64,000 bases of DNA from assembly GCA_016715985.1 (NCBI GenBank), contig JADJXD010000005.1:13299-77298 (forward strand), read 5' to 3'. The notes under the pieces are model-generated. The model made no database searches. It was given only the letters and a program-made list of their open reading frames with translations, and had not been told where the DNA came from. Source of the stretch: Saprospiraceae bacterium. Its GTDB lineage: Bacteria > Bacteroidota > Bacteroidia > Chitinophagales > Saprospiraceae. The position numbers and the translations under genes are program-made. Shown here in pieces: positions 45,190-53,046 of this stretch (its first letter is position 1; each line of letters starts with the position of its first letter).

Positions 45190-45586
45190 TACTTGGAATA
45201 TTTAATTGTTCGTGCCTTAAACCCATAGTGTATGACTTGTAATTAATGTGCTGTGGTTTTTCATTAAACATATTAAAATCTACATCAGAACTTTGCCAAT
45301 CCAAAATGTTCCCTTTGGGTTGTTTAGTGTTTAAATCCAAAATAATATCAGACAAATTGAAAAAATATTGGCAAGCAAAAGAAGCTATGCCTCCAATTTC
45401 ATCGCCTACCCAACCATCAAAATCAATTTGTTGCTTATTACAAAATTTTTGAATCCATTCATTACAGACAAATTCATATTGTCTATTAAGTTCTTGTAAT
45501 TTGACTGTCTTTGCCATAATTTTATATTTTACACCCCTTAAAAAAGCACAGCTTATAACACGGGTTTGGCAAAAGTGGGCAGACAC
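45179..45586 (-). CDS. hypothetical protein (probable start MAKTVK at 45516)
   Basis: The first ~23 codons of the listed ORF overlap an intergenic repeat copy. Confidence 0.4.
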   Translation of the reverse strand: MSAHFCQTRVISCAFLRGVKYKIMAKTVKLQELNRQYEFVCNEWIQKFCNKQQIDFDGWVGDEIGGIASFACQYFFNLSDIILDLNTKQPKGNILDWQSSDVDFNMFNEKPQHINYKSYTMGLRHEQLNIPSNEK

Positions 45587-45639
45587 ATTCTGCTAAAATT
45601 GAGCATCCTACAAGCCCACCTTCGCCAAGCCCGATAACG

Positions 45640-46026
45640 TTACCAGCAAGCACTACTGTCAGTCTTCGTATCAACTATTTCGCAATTTATGAGTTCAAAA
45701 AATGGTTCGCTTCCAAACATTATTTCGTGTTCAATAACCTCCAAAAATCCTTCGCTATCAAATACTCTTTCGCCTTGTGCCTCACCTGTTCCTTTGCACA
45801 TATGGCAATCTACAATATCGCCTCCTTGCTCAATCTGTGTAAAGCCACCGCATCTACTACACACCGCTTCTTCGTTATCATCGGGCTTATCCTTCCAATG
45901 CTGTGAGTATTTCATATCAATTTTCGCAAGTAGCTTTTTTGCCTTTGCTATAAATTCATCCTTCGTCATTTTTGGAGGTTGGCTATCCGTTTCCAAATCA
46001 ATGTTTGTGCTAAATATATCGTCCAT
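45640..46026 (-). CDS. small protein with a DnaJ-type zinc finger
   Basis: CSRCGG...CHMCKGTG (CxxCxG / CxxCxGxG). Confidence 0.45.
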   Translation of the reverse strand: MDDIFSTNIDLETDSQPPKMTKDEFIAKAKKLLAKIDMKYSQHWKDKPDDNEEAVCSRCGGFTQIEQGGDIVDCHMCKGTGEAQGERVFDSEGFLEVIEHEIMFGSEPFFELINCEIVDTKTDSSACW

Positions 46027-46163
46027 TTTTTTAGTTTTTCAATTTAAGTTTCTGCTCAATAATCCGTGCCAGCGGGTAACATACGGTTTGAAGAAATAAA
46101 TTTTTTGTCTTGTCTATTTTTAATTGTAAAAAATTTACATTCTCAAACCGTCCACCGTTGTCA

Positions 46164-46556
46164 TCAATTCTCAAACAATCCACCACCCAAATGCTTAGAT
46201 TTATAATCTTCCAATCCTTTAGCGGCGTGGAGCATTGCGTCGGCTCTTTGCTTTAAAGAATTTATTTGGCTACCAACATCGCTTAAATCAGTTGAACAAT
46301 AATAGCCTGATGAAGTCGCAATTAACGGGAGTATGCCATGACTTCTGATATGGTTTACTAATTTCCTCAATCGTGGTTCGCTGAGTTTTTTTGTTAGGCC
46401 ATATTTTGCATAGTCCTGATTTATGAATCTCACCACTTCAGGGGTTTTGATCGGATTATCTTTTGTCCGATTTCTGAAACCACGTACTAAAACATTTACA
46501 AGTCGCTGTTCTTCGTCAGTAAGTGGCTTGGTTATTTGCTCGAATGTTTCGATCAT
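46164..46556 (-). CDS. hypothetical protein
   Basis: 130-aa ORF with a 4-nt overlap with the upstream gene. Confidence 0.4.
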   Translation of the reverse strand: MIETFEQITKPLTDEEQRLVNVLVRGFRNRTKDNPIKTPEVVRFINQDYAKYGLTKKLSEPRLRKLVNHIRSHGILPLIATSSGYYCSTDLSDVGSQINSLKQRADAMLHAAKGLEDYKSKHLGGGLFEN

Positions 46557-47122
46557 ATAATTGTCTCTTGAAGTTGTTTGCAGATTAAAATGTACTGATG
46601 GTATTCTTTTATCTGCGCCGGTGTGTAATTGTTTTCTTCACCTGTTTTCTGAAATTCATTTTCCCATTCTGCAATTGATTTTTTAATACATCCAATTTGA
46701 ATTTCATTAGTTGCATACCAGTTTACAGAATGTCGAGAACCAATTAGAAATAGTGTTTTAAAAATCGATGCCCCGTTTCCAATCGATGCCCTGTTTCCAA
46801 TCGATGCCCTGTTTCCAATCGATGCCCCGTCTCCAATCGATGCCCCGTCTCCAATCGATGCCCTGTTTCCAATCGATGCCCCGTCTCCAATCGATGCCCT
46901 GTTTCCAATCGATGCCCCGTCTCCAATCGATGCCCCGTCTCCAATCGATGCCCTGTTTCCAATCGATGCCCCGTCTCCAATCGATGCCCCGTCTCCAATC
47001 GATGCCCCGTCTCCAATCGAAATGAGTCTTTTTTCTAATTCAGATTTTAAATCGCTCAAATTTTCGTATTCAAAATTAATTTTGTTGTAGTTTTCATCGA
47101 GTAGGTAAATTGCTTTTTTCAT
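46553..47122 (-). CDS. hexapeptide-repeat (left-handed beta-helix-like) protein
   Basis: 14 consecutive IG[DN][GR]AS hexapeptides, encoded by a perfect 18-bp tandem array. Confidence 0.55.
   Translation of the reverse strand: MKKAIYLLDENYNKINFEYENLSDLKSELEKRLISIGDGASIGDGASIGDGASIGNRASIGDGASIGDGASIGNRASIGDGASIGNRASIGDGASIGDGASIGNRASIGNRASIGNGASIFKTLFLIGSRHSVNWYATNEIQIGCIKKSIAEWENEFQKTGEENNYTPAQIKEYHQYILICKQLQETII
46764..47022. repeat. 18-bp tandem repeat x14.4 (ATCGATGCCC[CT]GT[CT]TCCA)
   Basis: 14 complete units of three sequence types (8 A, 5 B, 1 C hybrid). Open in all frames on both strands. Confidence 0.95.
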
Positions 47123-47138
47123 TTCTTTGTTTTAGTTA

Positions 47139-47693
47139 TTATAAAATTTCCATTTGCATTTCAACAATTTGTTTTGAGTTCTTGCCCTCTTCAAAATGGA
47201 GTCTAAACTCCTCCCGTGATAGAAATTCTATCCCGTATTGATTGGCATAGGTCGAAATAATCTCCTCCTCATATCGGTTTATAAAATCTCCATCGCTCAT
47301 TTTGGTTGTGGTCATTGGAACCACAATAAATTCAGGCACGTTGCCCCGTGCATCTTTTTTCTGTAATACGTTTTTTATTAATGCAGGGTTAAAGATTTGC
47401 TTGTGATACTCGTGCAAAGTATCTACATCAATCGGCGTGAGTTCTCCTGTCGTTGGGTCAATGAGTTGGTTAATCTCATTTCGATTCATGTACTCGACAA
47501 TCATCGGGAGTACGTGGCCAAAGTGAAAGCGATATTTCCAGCCTCCGACTCTTTTTACTTCCTGAATAAAAACCTTATACATTCCCTCACCCATTTCATC
47601 AAAGGTTTTCTTTAATGCGTACCGGGATTGATCGGCTAACTTTATTTCGCTGCCGCTTTTTACTTTGGAAATGTATAAGGTTGTGGGTTGCAT
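47139..47693 (-). CDS. hypothetical early protein
   Basis: 184-aa ORF. Confidence 0.4.
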   Translation of the reverse strand: MQPTTLYISKVKSGSEIKLADQSRYALKKTFDEMGEGMYKVFIQEVKRVGGWKYRFHFGHVLPMIVEYMNRNEINQLIDPTTGELTPIDVDTLHEYHKQIFNPALIKNVLQKKDARGNVPEFIVVPMTTTKMSDGDFINRYEEEIISTYANQYGIEFLSREEFRLHFEEGKNSKQIVEMQMEIL

Positions 47694-47696
47694 TGT

Positions 47697-48263
47697 TTAT
47701 AATAAATTGATTTGTGAGTTAGCCCAAACAATAAATGCATCAAACTTTTTTTCAATTTCTTCTTTAACCGCTCCGGCCTCTTCTTTTGTTTGGATTTCGA
47801 TAGTTGACTTTGAGAATCCAGTTAGCCACTTTTTTAGCTTCTCTTTATCACCTGCTTTTGCAAGTTTCTTTTCCGCATCTAATTTGGCCTTTAATTCTGC
47901 TGCTGCTTTGTCCTCTGCATCTTTTTTGGCCTTAGCTTCTGCCTGTTGTTTTGCTTTTAATTCGGCCTCTAATTTGGCGTTCTCCTCTATTTTATCCTTG
48001 AGCTTTGCGTCTACAATTGCTTTTTCTTTTGCTGCTTCAGCCCTTTCTTTTTCGAGTTCCTTTTCCCTCGCCTCCATTTTAGCCTTGAGCGTTGCGTTAT
48101 CGTCTTTAATTCTTTGCCTCTCCGCTTCTTCTGCTTTTTCTTTTGCGATGCGCTCCGCTTCCGCTTTCTTTTCAGCTTCAATTTTATCATTGTACTGCTT
48201 TTCAATTCCTGACAAGTAGGTAGTAAAACCTTGATCGCTCATGTTTTCAAATTCTGATCTCAT
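47697..48263 (-). CDS. Lys/Glu/Ala-rich coiled-coil protein, C-terminal fragment of a larger frameshifted gene
   Basis: Joins 48247-48630 if one base is removed from the T6 run at 48308-48313. Confidence 0.45.
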   Translation of the reverse strand: MRSEFENMSDQGFTTYLSGIEKQYNDKIEAEKKAEAERIAKEKAEEAERQRIKDDNATLKAKMEAREKELEKERAEAAKEKAIVDAKLKDKIEENAKLEAELKAKQQAEAKAKKDAEDKAAAELKAKLDAEKKLAKAGDKEKLKKWLTGFSKSTIEIQTKEEAGAVKEEIEKKFDAFIVWANSQINLL

Positions 48264-48630
48264 TACAACGTCTGTAAATTTTGATACCTGTAAAATTCTT
48301 TGTTGAATTTTTTAACTCCTTTTGTTCGGCTTCAAAACGCTCTCTTGTTTCTTCCTTCCATCGTGCATTTTCTTCAATCTCTTTTGTGAGGAGTTGCATG
48401 GTTTGTTTGGATTTTAACCATAGCTGATCTTCTGTTTTAAAACTTAACATTTGGGCCTGAACTTCGGAACGCTTTGCATCAAACGTCTTTTCTGCTTCCA
48501 GCCTTACTTGTCGAACTCCTAATCTTATGGTGTTGGCAAGCTTCATGTTTACCTTGTCGTTTTCGTCTTTTACGACAATGGAATCTAATTGATCTCTCAT
48601 TTTTGCCACTCCATTAAAAACATGATTCAA
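48247..48630 (-). CDS. central fragment of the same coiled-coil gene
   Basis: An upstream ATG at 48744 (MTTQTQPMQSNEIAIILPQEVEQIAKSVSAEK..) joins this frame if one base is added to the T7 run at 48649-48655. Confidence 0.45.
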   Translation of the reverse strand: MNHVFNGVAKMRDQLDSIVVKDENDKVNMKLANTIRLGVRQVRLEAEKTFDAKRSEVQAQMLSFKTEDQLWLKSKQTMQLLTKEIEENARWKEETRERFEAEQKELKNSTKNFTGIKIYRRCNEIRI

Positions 48631-48751
48631 AACAGATTGAACCTCTGATTTTTTTCTGCTGATACTGATTTAGCTATTTGTTCAACTTCCTGTGGAAGGA
48701 TAATAGCGATTTCATTTGATTGCATTGGTTGTGTTTGTGTTGTCATTTTTT

Positions 48752-49435
48752 TTAAAGATTTATATTGTTTAAATATTCCCGGCACCCGTCAATTCTGCAA
48801 TACAGTTTTTTGATTTGTTCGGGTTCAAATTCATAGTGCTTTTCGTAAATTCTTTTTTCAAGTGGCACATTAGAAAAGTGATAATTTGAAATCATTTGAG
48901 CGGTGAACTCTTTAAATGTTTCGTTATCATCGCTTAGTCCGCTTTGATAATACGCCTTTTTAATTTCCCTTTGTATGATTGAATCGGGAGTGTCAACTAA
49001 ACAATAAACTAAGGTGGCTTTTTTCTTACCAGTCAAGGCCATGTAGCTTTGAAGCTGCCACCAATAAAGTTTATTTTCTTCCCGAATTGATTTTGCGAAC
49101 GTAAAAAAATCCCAACTGCTTTTGATGTCGATGACTTCATCCTCTGTAACAATGTCAGGAGTTCCGATCAGATAATCATTTTGGAATCGTTCTGCATTTT
49201 TAAAGTACAATTCATTTTTAAAATCCGTGTACAAAGTGATAGAATCTTCTTCGACCGCTAAACCTTTTTCAAGGAATTTTGAAACAAGGTCTTTGGACTT
49301 ATTGTATGTGACTTTTATGTAGCACTCATCCAAATATTTCTTGACAGTTTCGCCAAGTGGCTGCGATTTATCCCGACCATTGGTCATCAATATACCAACT
49401 TGGGAAGGTCTGAATTTATAATTGTCAAAATTCAT
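48752..49435 (-). CDS. PD-(D/E)XK exonuclease (YqaJ/lambda-Exo-like) candidate
   Basis: GTPDIV...EVIDIKSS (D...[DE]xK). Translationally coupled to the annealase candidate. Confidence 0.5.
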   Translation of the reverse strand: MNFDNYKFRPSQVGILMTNGRDKSQPLGETVKKYLDECYIKVTYNKSKDLVSKFLEKGLAVEEDSITLYTDFKNELYFKNAERFQNDYLIGTPDIVTEDEVIDIKSSWDFFTFAKSIREENKLYWWQLQSYMALTGKKKATLVYCLVDTPDSIIQREIKKAYYQSGLSDDNETFKEFTAQMISNYHFSNVPLEKRIYEKHYEFEPEQIKKLYCRIDGCREYLNNINL

Positions 49436-50088
49436 TTTACTTCTGCCAGTTTGGTGTCAAATAATTCCTGAACATCTTTATTCAGGTGTGGTCTTAGTTT
49501 TTCCAGCTCGGTTTTGCTTGTGGCCTTGCTGATTAAAAGCATGATTCTTTGAGTAGCCGGATCTTCTTTAATTTCCTGAAACCTTCCGACCAATGAGTCA
49601 TAAGCCATGAGATCTTTGCGGTTTAAGTCTTTTCCAAAGATCCTTCCGATTTTTTCGGCTGCGTCTTTGATTGCATACGTTTCGGCTGCTGGGAGTGCCA
49701 TTTGTACGGCTGCATTTTTTATGTGGTTAAAATCCACAGCTCCTGCTCCCTTGTCTGTTTGCATTGGGGCAGCTCCGACTCCATCTTGAAATAATGTTTC
49801 ACCTGTGATTGGATCGACGTAATAAAGGCGAACATGAACAGCGCATGAGTTTGCAACGACCTTGAAGTCTTTTACCTCGACCCACCATTTTATAAATAGT
49901 GCCGTAAGTAAGTATTCCACTTTGTCAATTGGCAAATACTTTGACTTGTTTGCAAGATCATTTGTTTTAACCCATTTAGCTGGGGGCTCTTGGTTCAGGC
50001 GAACTTGTAAGTCATTCAGTTTGCCTTTGGTTTCATCCATCGAAACCAGCTCATCGTATGTAGGGATTTTTTTAATTGCGGTTGTCAT
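49432..50088 (-). CDS. Rad52/Sak-like single-strand annealing protein candidate
   Basis: YLPIDKVEYLLTALF..WWVEV followed by AAETYAIKDAAEKIGRIFGKDL resembles the Rad52-family core. Recognised by eye only. Confidence 0.5.
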   Translation of the reverse strand: MTTAIKKIPTYDELVSMDETKGKLNDLQVRLNQEPPAKWVKTNDLANKSKYLPIDKVEYLLTALFIKWWVEVKDFKVVANSCAVHVRLYYVDPITGETLFQDGVGAAPMQTDKGAGAVDFNHIKNAAVQMALPAAETYAIKDAAEKIGRIFGKDLNRKDLMAYDSLVGRFQEIKEDPATQRIMLLISKATSKTELEKLRPHLNKDVQELFDTKLAEVK

Positions 50089-50109
50089 TTCATTTAAATT
50101 TGATGATGA

Positions 50110-50319
50110 TTAATTCTGTGTAATTTGTTCAATTGCCCGTTCAACTTTTGAGGCGAGTTCGGGGTGCTTGGGCTGGATGATTGGGATAAGATCATTGAAA
50201 ATTGATTTCATCCTTACCGGGTTCATTGTTTGAAAGTGGGGCAATCCGTTGCCACCTTTGGAAAGGTAAAATGATGCGAGTTTTGCATTCTTGTTACCAT
50301 CAGTTTTGTTCAGATTCAT
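50110..50319 (-). CDS. hypothetical protein
   Basis: 69-aa ORF. Confidence 0.35.
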   Translation of the reverse strand: MNLNKTDGNKNAKLASFYLSKGGNGLPHFQTMNPVRMKSIFNDLIPIIQPKHPELASKVERAIEQITQN

Positions 50320-50418
50320 TTTCAGTAGTTTTTAAAGATTCGATAATTCCGAAATAAATTATTGCGGCTGTGATTGAATAAAAAAGTGCTTGGGTAATTA
50401 TTAGTAAAATCATTTTGG

Positions 50419-50736
50419 TTAATTGTATGATCCGGTTTGTTTTCTTAAAAAGACTCGGCCTGTGCCGATTCCTATTTTTGTTTCAAATAAAAAGGAGTCG
50501 ATTTCTGCGATCTCCCCTCTTATGGTCAATTCAAACATTGAGTTGTAAATCGTGGTTTCGCTTCTGATTTTTCCAAACTGGTTTAACTTTTCAACCATCA
50601 TTTTGGCCTCGCATTGCATTTCTAATTCTTTGAGTCTTAGCCGGGGTATCTTAACTCCGGCCTCATGTTTGCATCCAGGCTGCTGCTCGTTTTTTCGGTT
50701 TTTGTTTTCCATATTCATGAGATTTAGATTTTTCAT
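50419..50736 (-). CDS. hypothetical protein
   Basis: 105-aa ORF. Confidence 0.35.
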   Translation of the reverse strand: MKNLNLMNMENKNRKNEQQPGCKHEAGVKIPRLRLKELEMQCEAKMMVEKLNQFGKIRSETTIYNSMFELTIRGEIAEIDSFLFETKIGIGTGRVFLRKQTGSYN

Positions 50737-50739
50737 TCT

Positions 50740-51210
50740 TTAATTTCCTTTTTCGTGGTCGTGGCGGTAATCGTTGTCGCTATGGTCGAAGTCTGAAATG
50801 TCCTCAGCTAATTGACCTGATCTGCGATAGTGAACATCACAAATCAAGTACAATGTGTCGTGTAAATGCTTTTCGATTCTTTCGAGTGGCACATATTCGC
50901 CTGTGATGTCATCGACTGGGGAGGCTGCTACCTCAATGATTTTTAGCTCGTAATCGGGTGATTCAAAATCCGGGTTAATGATTTGGGCAGTAAACCTGAT
51001 GTCATATAAAACCCCTTCGATGGTGCGCTCTATTTGATGCGCTGAATTTCTTTCTTCCATTGTGATGGGTGGGAAATAAACAAGGTGGTTTTGCGCGATG
51101 GATTTTCTTACACTTAACATTGTATCAAGTGCGCTCTTTGCTTCCTTAATTGCAACGTCAAGGTGGTTTAGCGTTTCGATCGTGTGATGGTCAAGATTTA
51201 ACGTACTCAT
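50740..51210 (-). CDS. hypothetical early protein
   Basis: 156-aa ORF, the first gene after a terminator. Confidence 0.4.
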   Translation of the reverse strand: MSTLNLDHHTIETLNHLDVAIKEAKSALDTMLSVRKSIAQNHLVYFPPITMEERNSAHQIERTIEGVLYDIRFTAQIINPDFESPDYELKIIEVAASPVDDITGEYVPLERIEKHLHDTLYLICDVHYRRSGQLAEDISDFDHSDNDYRHDHEKGN

Positions 51211-51231
51211 TTTGTTTTGTTTTGCATTTTT

Positions 51232-51262
51232 AAAAACCGGGCAGCTATGCGCAACCGCCCGG
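51232..51262 (-). terminator. rho-independent terminator
   Basis: Minus strand: CCGGGC-N14-GCCCGG followed by U5. Confidence 0.5.
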
Positions 51263-51367
51263 CTGGTTCCAAAATTCCATTCTTGGGATGGTTCCGATTG
51301 GTCGGATTTTATGAACGAAGCATCTTTGATATTTTAAATTCCTATCTATATAGAAATTCCTAATATG

Positions 51368-51625
51368 TTAATTTTCAACGGATTGCATCAAATTCCGCTT
51401 GGCTTGTTGTAATTTTGCCAAATAACCGAGCAAGTCATGCACAGCGTAATACTTTGACCTTCCAAGATTAATGGAAGGGATTTGCCGGGAAATCAACTTG
51501 AAGGCTTGTGGCCCCATTCCTAAGTATTGAGCCGCTTCTTCATAATTTTTTAACCCTGCTTCGATCGCTGCCTGTGGTTTCGTCTTGGTTGTCATTGTGT
51601 AATTGTTTATTAAATTGTAGTACAA
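51368..51625 (-). CDS. excisionase/MerR-like HTH DNA-binding protein (probable start at 51595)
   Basis: YEEAAQYLGMGPQAFKLISRQIPSINLGRSKYYAVHDLLGYL fits the excisionase-family HTH pattern. The -7 box lies inside the first codons of the listed ORF. Confidence 0.5.
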   Translation of the reverse strand: MYYNLINNYTMTTKTKPQAAIEAGLKNYEEAAQYLGMGPQAFKLISRQIPSINLGRSKYYAVHDLLGYLAKLQQAKRNLMQSVEN

Positions 51626-51654
51626 ATATACTATTGTCTTTACGTATTTGTCAA
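51623..51654 (-). promoter_or_regulatory. early promoter candidate
   Basis: Minus strand: TTGACA-N18-TATATTTG. Confidence 0.5.
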
Positions 51655-51714
51655 GTTTTTGGGTAATTATTTTACACTTTTGTTTATAATTTTTAAATAA
51701 TAATATATAACGTT

Positions 51715-51840
51715 TTGACAGGCAAAGACTTAGAAAATATTATAAAATTATTGAGGTTCACCAATACGGAGGCAGCAAACATTCTTGGGGTTACTCGCCA
51801 AACCCTGTACACATGGATAGGCCGAGCAAAATGCCGTTAA
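51715..51840 (+). CDS. 41-aa Cro-like HTH protein (TTG start; not in the ORF track)
   Basis: ..RFTNTEAANILGVTRQTLYTWIG... This is the only convincing plus-strand gene. It is divergent from the 51368-51625 operon. Confidence 0.4.
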   Translation: MTGKDLENIIKLLRFTNTEAANILGVTRQTLYTWIGRAKCR

Positions 51841-51867
51841 GGTGTTTGGGATTTTGAATGATAGGAA

Positions 51868-52092
51868 TTAATCAAGGTCTTTAATTTGGAGCGAAATATC
51901 TACCCCGACAAATTCAGCTATTTTCAAAAATACATCCACCGAAGGGCAAAATTTCCCGTTTAGCATTTTGCTTAAATTCGCCTGATCTATCCCGGTTTTG
52001 GCCTCAATGTCCTTTTGGGTTATGCCTTTGTCGTATGCTGCCTGAAAGACATATTTTAAAAGCAGTAACCGGGATTCTTTTATTTTGGTCAT
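51868..52092 (-). CDS. XRE-family HTH regulator (repressor or antitoxin-like)
   Basis: GITQKDIEAKTGIDQANLSKMLNG is a classic XRE helix-turn-helix. Confidence 0.65.
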   Translation of the reverse strand: MTKIKESRLLLLKYVFQAAYDKGITQKDIEAKTGIDQANLSKMLNGKFCPSVDVFLKIAEFVGVDISLQIKDLD

Positions 52093-52337
52093 GGTTTTAT
52101 TGTTTGAGTGATTAGTGCTTTATGGCACTCCATAGATCGGTCTTCATGGCAAACTTCAAAATCCATAATTATGTAATCTTTTGAATAATATATCTTTCTC
52201 GCCACAATAAACCGTAGCTGAATATCACTACAAAGTTCTTGGATTGCTTTTCCAAGTTTGCCTTTTGGCACAAAACTCTTGGGCCACAAAATATCAAACA
52301 GGTTTAACGATTTGGCAAGTTCAAAGTCCAATACCAT
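52089..52337 (-). CDS. small protein translationally coupled to the XRE regulator (toxin-like position)
   Basis: ATGA overlap with the downstream HTH gene. I found no recognisable motif. Confidence 0.3.
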   Translation of the reverse strand: MVLDFELAKSLNLFDILWPKSFVPKGKLGKAIQELCSDIQLRFIVARKIYYSKDYIIMDFEVCHEDRSMECHKALITQTIKP

Positions 52338-52433
52338 TGTGTCTACTTAGTAAATCAAATTCCTTTTTTTCAGAAGAACTATCGCTCATTCTATTAAGGC
52401 CTTTTAGTAGTTGATTTTCAAAACAATCCGCAT

Positions 52434-53046
52434 TAAAAAGAGGTAACTATATACTTATTGGGACTAAATTCATTCCTCCGAAAGTCCAAAATCTCATTTT
52501 TTAGACTTTCTTCTTTACAGGCGTATAATCCGGTTTTGGTTCTTTAACCAACGCCTTGATTACCTGATCAAATGTACCGTGTATCTTTAACGGCTTATCG
52601 TATTTTGAAGCCCGAACTTTTGGTTCTTTTGGGGCTTTGTCAGGAATGCAAAGATCTTAATGATGCCGGAAAATAGTCCCTGTCTGACAATGGAGACGAA
52701 ATTCTAATTCATTAAATGGTTTATCCCAATTGTTACCAATTGAAATTCCATCGGTAACATCTGAATAAACGGTTGTCTTTCTATATACTCGCTTTGCGTC
52801 CGATACATTCAGGTTATGCATTGCACACAATTCGTATGCCCGTATCAAATCAAATTCATCACCAAAAAACCTAACAGTTGGAACATCAAAACAATGCCCC
52901 CTTCCTCCCTGACAAGATTCAAATGTTTCAAATCCGTATTTATTTAGTAATGCAACTGCTTCTCGGATGCCAAAATCAAGACCCTCTATTTGATCAACAT
53001 CAAATTTTTTATTTAGTCCCATTAGCTATATAGTTACCTAAAAAGA
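52434..53046. mobile_element. 597-bp transposon-like element: 28-bp terminal inverted repeats plus an 8-bp target-site duplication
   Basis: Inverted repeats at 52442-52469 and 53011-53038 (25/28 matches). TAAAAAGA lies directly outside both ends (52434-52441 and 53039-53046). Confidence 0.65.
52657..53022 (-). CDS. cargo ORF of the inverted-repeat element, unknown function
   Basis: 121 aa with its ATG inside the right inverted repeat. 51 further sense codons follow the TAA in frame, to 52501. Confidence 0.4.
   Translation of the reverse strand: MGLNKKFDVDQIEGLDFGIREAVALLNKYGFETFESCQGGRGHCFDVPTVRFFGDEFDLIRAYELCAMHNLNVSDAKRVYRKTTVYSDVTDGISIGNNWDKPFNELEFRLHCQTGTIFRHH

Noticed and set aside
46764-47022. 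The regular 18-bp repeat array could be mistaken for a CRISPR array.
   Set aside because: The units are contiguous with no spacers and are too short. The array lies in frame inside a 189-aa ORF, and no cas genes are present.
47665-48219. The 184-aa plus-strand ORF, and similar plus-strand ORFs inside the tape measure and fibre genes (for example 23323-23772, 24490-24855, 7811-8209 and 9227-9604).
   Set aside because: They are antisense shadows of Lys/Glu/Ala-rich or repeat-rich minus-strand genes. Their translations are Ser/Phe/Leu-rich, and they have no promoters or independent support.
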